DNA of 64,000 nt from the human T2T-CHM13v2.0 reference genome, Homo sapiens, in NCBI RefSeq assembly GCF_009914755.1, contig NC_060932.1. The stretch is one strand, 5' to 3'. Both the position numbers and the translations under genes were made by a program. Under the pieces are notes generated by a model. The model had not been told where the DNA came from. It saw only the letters and a list, made by a program, of their open reading frames with translations, and did not search any database. Shown here in pieces: positions 1-11,440 of the stretch. Positions within the stretch are counted from its first letter, which is position 1; each line of letters opens with the position of its first letter.

Positions 1-54
1 CTGCATATTATCCTGATACGATTTCTAAAAATAATTTAACATGAAGTTTCTGTT

Positions 55-2737
55 TTAATTTTCAATGTTTGTGGGTATATAGTAGGTGTATATATTTGGG
101 GTACATGAGATATTTTGATACAGGCATGCTAAGCAAAATAATCACATCATGGAGAAAGGGGTATCCAGCCCCTCAAGCATTTATCTATTGATTTGCAAAC
201 AATCAAATTACACTCCTTATTTTAAAATGTACAACTTATTATTGATTATAGTTACCCTGTTGTGCTATCAAATAGCAGGTCTTATTCATTCTATTTTTTT
301 GTACCCATTAACTATCTCCACCTCCTTCCCAGCCCCCAACTACCCCTCTTAGCCTATAGTAACCAACCTGCTACTCTCTATATCATTGAGTTCAATTGTT
401 TTGATTTTTAGATCCTACAAATGAGTGAAAACATGTAATGTTTGTCTTTCTGTCCCTGGCTTATTTCACTTAACATAATGATCTCCAGTTCCATCCATGT
501 TGTTGCAAATGACTGGATCTCATTCTTCTTTGTGGCTGAATAGTACTCAATTGTGTATACGTACCACATTTTCTTTGTTCATTCACTTGTTGAATGAACA
601 CAGGTTGCTTCCAATTTTTAGCTATTGTTAACAGTGCTGCAACAAACATGGGAGTGCAGAGATCTCTTTGAGGTACTGATTTCCTTTCTTCTGAGTATAT
701 ACCCAGCAGTGGAATTGCTGGATCATATGGTAGCTCAATTTTTAGTTTCTGAAGAACCTACAAGCTGTTCTTCATAGTGGCTATACTAATTTACGTTCTC
801 ACCAACAGTATACAGGGTTCCCTTTTCTCCACATCCTTGCCAACATTTGTTATTACTGTCTTTTGGATATAAGCCACTTAACTGGGGTAAGATGATAACT
901 CGTTGTTTTGATTTGCATTTCTCCGATGATCAATAATGTTGAGCACCTTCTCATATACTTGTTTGCTATTTGTGTGTCTTCTTTTCAGGTGTCTATTCAA
1001 GTCTGTTGCCCCCCTTTTTTGATCAGATCATTACATTTTTTTTCTGCGGAGTTGTTTGAGCTCCTTATATAGTGTGGTTATTAATCCCTTGTCAGATGGG
1101 TAGTTTGCAAATATTTTCCACCATTCTGTAGGTTGTCTCTTCACTTTGTTGATTATATCCTTTGCTGTGCAGAAGCTTTTCAACTTGATGTGATCCCATT
1201 TATCCATTTTTGCTTTGGTTGCCTGTGCTTGTAGGATATTGTTTAAGAAATCTTTGTGAGGACAACGTTCTGGAGAGTTTCCCCAAAGTTTTCTTGTAGT
1301 AGTTTCATAGTTTAAAGCCTTGGATTTAAGCCTTTAATCCATTTTGATTTGATTTTTGTATATGGTGAGAGATAGGGGTCTAGTTTCATTCTCCTGCATA
1401 TGACTGTCCAGTTTTCCCAGCACCACTTATTGAAGAGACTGTCTTTTCCCTCAGTGTATGTTATTGGCAGCTTTGTTGAAAATGAGTTAACTGTAGGTAT
1501 GTGGATTTGTTTCTGAGTTCTCTATCTGTTCCATTGGTCCATGTGTCTTTTTTTATGAGAGTACCACGCTGTTTTGATTATTATAGCTCTGTAGTATAAT
1601 TAGAAGTCAGGTAATGTGACTCCTCCAGTTTTGTTCTTTTGCTTAGGACAGCTTTGGCTATTCTGGATCTTTTCTGGTTCTATATAAATTTTAGAATTGT
1701 TTTTTCTGTTTCTGTGAAGAATGACATTGGTATTTTGATAGGGATTGCATTGAATCTGTAGATTGCTTTGGGCAGTATGAACATTTTGACAATATTGATT
1801 ATTTCAATCCATGAACATGGACTATTTTTCCATTTTAGGTGTCCTCTTCAGTTTCTTTCATCAGTGTTTTATTGCTTTCCTTTCACTTCTGTTAAACCAA
1901 GTTCAGTCTAAAGCTGCCTCCTTACATATGTTAGGTTTGGCCTAGAGGTTTCTCTGTACATCATGAACTATAACAAGTGGAGGTGTAAGTAGACCATAGC
2001 ATACACTTGTGCGAATCACCGAATTTGGGCCCATCAAACGTTGTAACCAATCCAGCTGTTTCTGTACCTCACTTCCATTTTCTGTACATCACTTTCCTTT
2101 TTCTGTCCATAAATCATCTTTCACCACATGGCTGCGCTGGAGTCTCAGAGCCTACTCTGACTTCAGAGGCTGCCTGATTCATGAATTGTTCACTGCTCAA
2201 TTAAACTCCTTTAAATTTAATTTGGTTATAACACTTCTTTGGTGAAGTTAATTAATAGGTATATAATTTTATGTGTGGCTATTGTAAATGGAATTCCTTT
2301 TTAAATTTCTTTTTCACATTGTTAACTGTTGGCATATAGAAATGCTACTGATTTTTGTATGTTGATTTTGTATCCAGCAACTTTACTGAATTTGATTATC
2401 AGTTTTAATAGTTTTCTTGTGGAGTCTTTATCATATTATCTGCAAACAAGGATAATTTAACGTCTTCCTTTCTAATTTGGATGCCCTTCATATATTTCTC
2501 TTGTCTGATTGCTCTAGCTAGGACTGTCAGTACTATGTTGAATAACAGTTGTCATAGTGGGCATCCTTGTCATGTTCCAGATCTCAGAGGAAAGGCTTTC
2601 AGTTTTTCCCCATTCGGTATGATACTAGCTGCGGATCTGTCATTTATGGCTTTTATTATGTTGAGGTATGTGCCTTCTGTCTCCAGTTTTTTGAGGATTT
2701 TTAACATGAAGGGATGCTGAATGTTATCAAATGCATG
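55..2737 (-). mobile_element. Old L1 (L1MA-like) 3' portion with ORF2 remnant, split by an LTR at 1890-2233
   Basis: T-rich antisense L1 3'UTR/ORF2 sequence; the minus ORF 2570-2752 reads as L1 ORF2 RT ([41 protein letters not shown]). Confidence 0.9.
1890..2233 (+). mobile_element. ERV1 solo LTR, MER57-like, inserted in the L1
   Basis: TG...CA termini, 4-bp TSD CTTC (1886-1889 and 2234-2237), ATTAAA near 2200; the L1 sequence rejoins across it. Confidence 0.8.
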
Positions 2738-4285
2738 AAGTTTCTTATACAAGTCACATCTATACAGCTATACATAAAAATAGAAAAGTATTTAAATTCT
2801 TTAAAAATTTTATTCACACAAGTGAATGAGTATTCTTGTTGTTTAATAAGAACAACAAATATATGCTGGAACCCTATGTGTGTTATATTGAACATTTTCT
2901 GAATGAAGGAATAAATGAATAAAAGAGATAGTAGTAGTAGCAATAACAACAATGTCACTTAGTATTTTCCAAGTGCTTACTATGAACCAAGCATTGTTCT
3001 GAAAGAATTAGAAGTAACTTAATTCTTATAATAAGACAATTAACAGAAAAATTTTCCCAAAAAAACACCCATACTTTGCCTACTTGTGTTTATCTACTTA
3101 TTTATCTAAGTATATATGTATCTATCTCTCTAGAAAAGAATTTTTCATATATTAAGGGCTTGTTTCCTTGCCATCGAGGACAAAATCCAAACTTATAAGA
3201 CCATATTTCATGCCTCAGTGGGCATATCCAATGGTGGGTGAATAATTCCATGATTGAAAGATTATATTCCATGCATGGAATCTGACTATTCATGCTAAGG
3301 AAGCAAGGTTCCATGTCTAGGAAAACCAACTTCCATGACCAAAATCTAAGTTCCATGTCTGGAATGTCAAGTTCTGCATTTGTATGGCCATGTTCCCTTT
3401 TTGGAATTTGTGGTTCTAAACATGGAGTGTCAGTTGCCCTGCTTATATGGTCATATTCCATTCTTGGAGACTGAGATTGTATACACTGAATGGCATATTC
3501 CAAAGATAATATTCCATGCTGAAGACTAAGATTTTATACATGGAGTGGCATGTTCCATACGTGAAAGCACAGTTCTACAGTTGAGGGCCACATTCAACAC
3601 CTGGAGATGTATGATGTCATACTGAGAAAGCCATATTTTATCCACAGATAGCCAAATTCCAAACATTTAGACTCAGATTCCATATTTAGGGATCAAGTGC
3701 TAAGACTAAAACATCTCGTTTCATTCCCAGAAGTACAGGTTAGATATTTAGAAGTCCAGAGTTCAGATCTAGATGTCCAGGAACCATTTCTAGTGGGCCA
3801 GATGACATGTTTTGAGATTCAGGTTTCATCCAAGAACCTGAGGGTCCAAGCTTGGTAAAAGATACTTCACATAGGTCATAACCTGTGGCATATCTGAAAG
3901 ACTACTCCATGGCCAGAAGACAAGGATCCATATATAGCAGCTCAGGCTCTATACCTAGGTTAAGTGTGTATGCTTGGAGAGGCAGGATTTATTTCTGCAG
4001 AGACATTCCATGTCTGAATAATCAGATTCTGTGCTTGGAGAGTCAGGGTTGATATTTTTAAGGGCCACATTAAACACCTGGAAGGCCAGTGTGCCTGCTT
4101 AGAGGGCTAGATTTTATGCTGGAGATGATGGGGTCAAAGTTCTATGCCTTTAGGGCCATATCTCATGTGGAGGACCAGATTCCATGTTGTATGACCAAGT
4201 TCCATGCTTGAAGATTGAGATTTTATATATGACATATCAGATTTTGTGCCTGGGAGACTGGTTTCCATTTCTCAGAGTGGCAACA

Positions 4286-4843
4286 TGTAAGGGGTTCCTT
4301 TAAGAGATTTGGGGCTAATCAGGGAAAGAGATATGACCACAAGATGCAGTAACACCCAATAAGCTTTATTGTGTGGTGCTTAGACAGGTTGGCATAGAGG
4401 GGAAGTCCCTACAGGATGAGTCCATCCAGAGGCTTATGGTGAGTGGGCCATCATCCAGAAAAGGAGGAGGCAAGGGAACCTCGGGTTAAGGGGATAGAAG
4501 AGGGAGGCTGTGTATCTAAGTGATGTTCATTCAGCAGCATAACAGAGTGTCTCTGGGTCAGAAAACTCAGAAGGGCAGCAGCAGCACCTTGGTGTCTTAT
4601 AACCACAAGACTCTACCTTATCAATGGCTAGCAGATATTGGGTGTAGTTTCATTGAATATGCAAAGCAGGTTGGCCCTAAATGCCAAAATTATGCTTGTT
4701 TGGGAGCATTTTTAAAACAATTAAATGTGTAAAAATTTAAGTGTGAGATCAGTAGGCTTTTGAGCTAATGGTTCTCAACCAGCAGTGAAGAAATAACTTA
4801 GGGACCAATACACAGAGGCCATCTTTGGCTCATTTACATAACA
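4286..4843 (-). mobile_element. Solo LTR (probably ERVL class) inserted in the 21-bp array
   Basis: TG...CA ends, near-perfect 5-bp TSD CAACA/CAGCA, minus-strand AATAAA at 4365-4370; array periodicity stops and resumes at its ends. Confidence 0.75.
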
Positions 4844-7800
4844 CAGCATCTATAACTGAAAATTCAGGTACCAACCATGTCTAGGTTGCCAGTTTCCACA
4901 CTTGTAATATCAGTGTTCCATGTTTGATAAGTGAGAGTCTGCACACAAAGTGCCAGGCTGTATACTTGTAAGGCCACACATAGTTTGCCATATGCCTTGC
5001 ATGTGGAGTCATGTTCCATGCATGGAATTTGAGACTTCATACTGGAAATGCCAAGTTTCATGCTCATAAGTTTCCATCTTTGGAGACTGCGATTCCACAC
5101 ATGAAGTGACATGTTCCATACCTCAAGGCACAGTTCTATAAATGGGGGGTCAAGTTCAATGTCTGGAGAACTACCTTACCACACTCAAAAATTCAGGTTT
5201 TACTTATAGATGGCCAGTTTTGAACATGGAGAATTATATTCCATGTCTACAGTCAAATATCAAAACTGGAAGGTTTTATTTCAGACTTAGAAGTTCAGAT
5301 TAGATATTTTAGGCCTAGATGATCAGATTCCACAGTTGTTGGGCTACATAACATCTCTTTAAATTTTGGTTCTACCACTAGAAGGCTATGTTTTAAGCCT
5401 GGAGAAAGAGACATCAAACGGGTAGGAAGTCATGGTTTGCCTCCAAGGTCTAATTCTATGGCTAGAGGCTCTGATTCACATCTTGAATTCCAGATTCCAC
5501 ATGAGATTCTAGAAGGAGTGATTCTATAGGAATGATCCTATAGGAATGATCCTATGTGTGGAAGGGCAGGATTCACATTTGGATGGACTTTCCACGCCTA
5601 TAAAGTCAGATTCTATACTTGAAGGGTCAGGACTCATGTTTAAATAGCTACATTCAACACTTAGAGGGCCAGCCTTCATCCTTAAAGGGCTGGGTTCCAT
5701 TACAGGAAGTTTAGACCCTAAGAAAGTTATACTAAGTCTCAGTGGAGAACCAATTTTCATGCCTGATCTGGATTGCTGTATTGCACAATTGTAAGACCTT
5801 GTTTCATGCTTGGAGACTGAGATTCCACACATGAAGCACCATGTACCATTCTTGTAGGCTCAGGCTTCATGCTTGGAGATTGAGATTTCACAATCTCTGG
5901 TTCACTGCCTAGAAAACCAGGTTCCATATCTTAGGGATACAACCTCTCTAACTGAAATGTCAGGCTCTGTGCCTTGAGTGCTAAGCTTCTCACATAGAGG
6001 CAATGTTCCGTGCTTGAGGTTTAGGATTTTACAAATGGGATCAATGCTTGTAAGGCCAGGTTACATTCTTAGAGATTAAGATTCCACCTTTATAGTACCA
6101 TGTTCCATTCTCTATGTAGGGTCAGGTTCCATGTATGGAGGTAGAGTTTCCTCCCATGAGATGCCAGGTTCTTTGTTTGTAGGGCTAATTTTCATTTTCA
6201 AAGATTGAAATTTTACACATAGATATCAGGTCCCATACTTTTAATGTTAGGCTTTATGCATAGTATCATGGGTACAATGCCTAGGAAATCAGTTACCATG
6301 ACTTGGCCGAAGACTATGATTGAAATGCCAAGTTCTGTGTCTGAAATATAAGGCTCCACACATGGGAGGCCAAGTTCCATATATGTAGGTTGAGGTTCTA
6401 CCATGGAGTGTCATTTTCCATGGTAGATTTTGGGTACCCTCATAAGGAGTGTCAATTTCGTCCTTGTAGACCTAATTCCATGCTTAAAGAATAGGTATTT
6501 AAAATGTGGAGTTCCAAGTTACATGCTTTTAGAGCAAGGTTCTGTGCACAGAGATTGAAGTTCCACAAGTTGATTGTCAGGATTCATGCGTGGAGATTGA
6601 GATTCTATGCATGGTGTACCAAGTATGATGCCTGGAATCTGTGTTGCATCTTTTATAGAGCCAAAGTCTATTATTGCAACACCAGTTTCCAGGTTTGTAG
6701 TGCCACACATGTCACGCCATGTTCCATGCTTGTAGTTTGAAAGTCCACGCATTGAGATCTGGGTATCTTGTTTGAAGGGTTATGTTCAATACAGGGATCA
6801 TGGCGATTCTGCATGTGAAGTGTCAGGTTTCTTGCTTTAGGGCCAAGTTTTATGTTTGAAGATTGATATTCCATACAGAAAGTTCCAGATTCCATGTCTT
6901 AGAGACCAGGTTTCATCAACTGGACTGAAATAAACTATGTCAATGAGTGATGAGGAAATGTACATGCCAAGGTGCCGTAATCCACACTTCTGCAGTCAAG
7001 TTTCATATTTGTATATTCTAAATCTACACATGGAGTGCCAGAACCTATCATTGTTGGTCCATGTTCCCCACATGAAACATTATATTTCAGACATGGTGAG
7101 AAATGTTGTGTGCATGCAGATTTATAATCCATTTGGGTAGTAATAAGTTCCATGCTGGGAGACAAGTTTGTATGTCTTGGAGAGCCAAATTCTAGGAGTC
7201 AGACCTCATGTTCCCTGTGTGGAATGACAGTTTTAAAATGTATGAAGCCAAGTTACATGTTTGGAGATTAAGATGCCAAGCATGTTGCATGCTTCCAACT
7301 TGATGATTTAAATTACACACATGGAATTCCAAGTTCCTTTTTTGGGGATGATGTAGTCCATACCTGGAGATCAATAATCCATATATGACATGCCAATTTC
7401 CATGCTGCTAAGACCTGGTACCATGCTTGGAGATTGAAATTCCATATACTAAATGCTGTTTTCCATGCTTTTAGAAACAAGTCCGTGCTTGGAGGTTGAG
7501 AACGTATATGTGTGTTCAAAATTCCATGCCAGGGAATGAAGTTTCCTTGCCCTGGAAAGCCAAAGGCTATACCTCAAACTGCTGTTTAATGTCTAGAGTG
7601 CCAGGTTCCATTCAAATAAGACTATGTTTCATGCTTGCAGTTTGAGATTATAGATATGGAGTGCCTGGTTCTATGCTCAGTAGGCCAGGTAAAATGCTTA
7701 TTGATATCGATTCCAAACATAAAGTGCCAGTTTTCATTTTAATTGAGCAATGTTCCAATTGACCATTGGCATGGAATTTGAGATTTTACACATGGAATTC

Positions 7801-8477
7801 CATGTGGATTCATATGGTTCTGGATCATGCTTGGAGATTGAGATTTCACACATAGAGTATCAGTATAATGCTTATAGGACATGATGCCATGTCTGGTGAT
7901 TGAGATTTCAGACATGCAGCTCCAAGTTGCATAATTTTAAGGCTAGGTTATATGCTTTGAGATTGAGATTTCACATGTGGAATGCCAGGTTAAATTCTTG
8001 TTGGGCCAAATTCCATGTGTGAAGATTGATATTCCACATATCATTGGAAGTGCCAAGCTTGTAGGACCAATTTCAATGCTTGGATATTGAGATAATATCC
8101 ATGAAGCACAAAATATCATGCATAGTTTTACATAATGTAGTGCCAATTTACATAATTTGAGCATTAGACTCCATGTTTTGAATGCCAGTTTCAGTACATG
8201 TAAGGCCATATCTGTCCCATGCATGGAGATTGAGATTCCACATATGGAATGCTAGATTCCATGCTTGTGGGTTCATGTTCCATCCTTGGATTTGAGATTT
8301 CACACTAGAACTCCGGGTTCCTTTTTTTAAGGACATATACTATGCTCAGAGATTGAGACTCCTCACATGGAGAGCCAGATGCTTTGTTTTCAGTGCCAGC
8401 TTTTATGCTCAGAGATACAAATTACACAAGTAGTATAACAGGTTCCATGTTTATAGCACTTGAGATTTAGATTCCTT

Positions 8478-8878
8478 ACATTATATCGGACTGCCATAAC
8501 AAAATATCACAGGCTGCGTGGTTTAAACAACAGAAATTTATTTTCTCACAGTTCTGGAGGCTAGAAGTCCAAGATACGGTGCCAGCAAATTTGGCTTCTG
8601 GTTAGGGTTCTCTTCCTGGCTTACAGAAAACTACCTTCTCACTGTGTCCTCAAATGACCTTTCCTCTCTATGCACGCAGGTAGAGAGTGATCTCTGGTGT
8701 CTTTTCCTCTTTTTACCCCGCTTATAAGGACACCAGTCCTATAGGATTATGACCCCACCCTATAATCTTTCTCAACCTTAATTACCTCCCTAAAGGCTCT
8801 ATATCTCCAAATACAATCACATTGGGAGTCAGAGCCTTGACATATGAATTTGAGGGTGACATAATTTAGTCCATAACA
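8478..8878 (-). mobile_element. MaLR LTR (MLT1A-like) inserted in the 21-bp array
   Basis: Typical MLT1 text: ctgccataacaaaatatcacagg...aaacaacagaaatttattttctcacagttctggaggctagaagtccaagat...gtccataaca. Confidence 0.85.
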
Positions 8879-11239
8879 CATGCTGCACCAGGTATAATGC
8901 CTTGTAGGGCAGTTTCCATGTTTTGGAGAGTCAATGTCTAGGATTGAAATGCCAATTTCCATGCCTCAAATACTGGGTTTCAAGCTCATTTGGTTAAGTT
9001 TCATGCTTGTAACCCACAATGGAAGTGCCAGGTTTCATTTGTAGGTCCAAACTCCATGCTTGGCAATTGAGATTCCACACATAGAATGCCAGCTTCTGTA
9101 CTTGTATATTGGATATCCATACTTGGATATTGAGCCTCCATGCACAAAGTGCCAGGTTTGGTGCTTGTGTGGAGTTTCTGTCCTTGGAGATTGATTATAT
9201 ACATGGAATTCTAGGTTTCTTGCCAGGAAGACTGCATTCCATATGTGGAGAGTCAAAATCTATGAGATAAATATAGATTTCCATGTCTTGGGTGTCAAGA
9301 TACACACGTGATACATGTGAAGCCATTCTCTGTGCATTCACCTACTTGGACATTGGGATTAAATACATGGAATTCCAGGATCCATGACTAGGAAACCAGT
9401 TTCCAAGTTCTGGAGAGTGTGTATGTATGGCTGAAATACGAAGTTATATACCTGGAGGATCATGTTTCATGCTTGTAGAGTCAAGTTCCATGCTTTGAAA
9501 ATGACGTTCTATATATGAAGTGTCAAGTTATAAGCTTGTAAAGCTAGGTTTTATGCATGCAATTTTAGAGTTTACACATTGAATGCTAGATTCTATGCTT
9601 GTTGGGCCAGTTTTTATGTTTGGATATTGAGCATGCATATGTAGTGTAGAGTAGTCCCATGCTTGGGAGACATGAGACCATATCCTGGAGAGACAAATTT
9701 TATAACTCAGATGCAAGGTTCCAGTCTGAGGTAGCACACTCACCACAGGTAAGTTCATATCCCATACATGGAGATTTGGATTCCACACAAGTATTGCCAA
9801 GTTGCATGTTTGTGGGGCCAAGTTCCTTGACTGAACATTGTGTTTCCACTAGTGGAGTGGCAAGTCCATGCTTGTAGGGTCAGGTGTCATACTCTGAGAT
9901 GGAAATTCCACACATCAGTTTTTATGATTATAGTGCTAAATTCCATGTTTGGAGATTAAGATTACATATGTGTAGTGCAAAATTGGCGAGGTTTTGCATG
10001 TTGGATAGTCAACATGTATTCTATACCTAGATGTCTATGAGCCACATGTAGAAGTCCTGGTTCCAGACCTAGAAGGCCAAATTCTATGCCTAGAGGAGTA
10101 GGATTCATATTTGGAGCTACTTTCTGTGTCTGGAAAGTCGGATGCTGTACTTAGAGGTCTACGTTCCATGACTGAATGGCCAGGAAGGACAGATTTCATG
10201 CTTAGAGGGCTGGTTTCCACTCCTGGAGATCTAAATTCATGCTTGTAAGGCTGGATCTTATGTGAAAAACCATATTTTATGCTTGGAAAGGCATAATTTA
10301 TACCTAAAAGACATAAATTAATGCCTTAAAAACCAGATCCATAATTGGTTGGTCAGATTCCATTCCTCTAGGCTCGTGTTCTACACCTGGAGATTGAAGT
10401 TCCTTATTTGTAGGGTCAAACTCTATGTCTAGGGCCAAGTTCCATGCCTTGAGTGCAAAGCTCCATGCCTGAATGCCAGTTTTCACAAATGGATGACCAT
10501 GCTTCATGCTGGGAAGGCTGGATTATGCATCTGAAAGCTCAGGCGTCATGCCTAGTGTGTCAAGTTCCATTCATGTACTAAGATACCATAGCACAAAGGC
10601 AGATTACATACTGCAGTGACTGCAGGGTCTCTTCCCATATCTAGAAGGACAGATTTTACACTTAGAAAGACAGAATGTATGCTTGGAGGAGGCGAGTCCA
10701 CATATGTGGAGTGTGGTATATGACTGCATACAATTTTCCATGTGTAGAGGGTCCATTTTCACACTGAAGGATGGAAATGCATGGGGCCAAGTTTCATGCC
10801 CAGGTGGGAGTAGGGGGCTGTCATTCCATGCCTGCAGGACCAGATTCCATGCCTCAGGAACCAGGTTCCTATGAATGGAATGCTATTCTCAGGCTTGAAG
10901 GACCAAGTATGAAGCCTGGATTGCCTGGTATTGTGGTTAGAAGGCTAGGGCCCATGCTCCAAAATCAGGTAATCTAGCTACAACTGTATTCTAGCGGGAA
11001 GGAGAGTTTACCTCCAAATTTATTGCTACAGAAATGGCCATTCTAATTACCACACTGAGGCTGCGTTGTGATGTAAGTGACCCAAAAAATGAGCAGAAAA
11101 ACGTATGAGGCCTTCCAGGTGTTTTTATACAGTGGCACATTTAAGAAGTGCCCACAATGAATAAATTTTAAGGAGACAGTGGAAGAAAAATATGGAGTAT
11201 TTTTGTAACATACTTCCAGTATGACTGTTTGACTTAGTC

Positions 11240-11440
11240 ATTAGATTGGCAATTACTGAGTGCTAACCATGAGTCAGGTGCTTTGCTAAGTCTATAGCTG
11301 CATTGTATCATTTAGTTCCACAGGATAGTTTCGATTATTTGACAAACCAGAAAACTATGACTCAGAAAGCATTTTACTGATTTTCCCAAAGTTTCCCAGC
11401 TGGTATACAGTAGAGCAATGATATGAACTCTGATACATTT
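11240..11440. mobile_element. MIR fragment
   Basis: MIR-like text (tactgagtgctaaccatgagtcaggtgctttgctaag...aaactatgactcaga). Confidence 0.55.

Larger units (their letters stand above)
3160..10960. repeat. Degenerate 21-bp tandem array (~300+ units) with 63-bp and ~1-kb higher-order structure
   Basis: TTCCA-type anchors at 3246, 3267, 3288, 3309, 3331, 3351, 3372, 3393, 3414, 3456, 3498; GATTGAGAT-like motif at 7836, 7898, 7961, 8024; block homology 3535-3775 vs 5095-5330. Confidence 0.9.

Noticed and set aside
5524-5555. 14-bp tandem duplication (CTATAGGAATGATC x2)
   Set aside because: Minor slippage event within the array; not an independent element.
3102-10507. Individual 60-133 aa ORFs in the array as functional genes
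   Set aside because: They are short, overlap in different frames, and are explained by a stop-poor repeat consensus.
3160-10960. CRISPR-like array or prokaryotic system
   Set aside because: Primate DNA; the units are contiguous degenerate tandem copies with no constant repeat/unique spacer structure and no cas-like genes.
3160-10960. Human satellite II/III, or an array of p53 half-sites
   Set aside because: ATTCC occurs but the period is 21 bp, not 5 bp; the core TTCCATGCTT lacks the RRR needed for RRRCWWGYYY.
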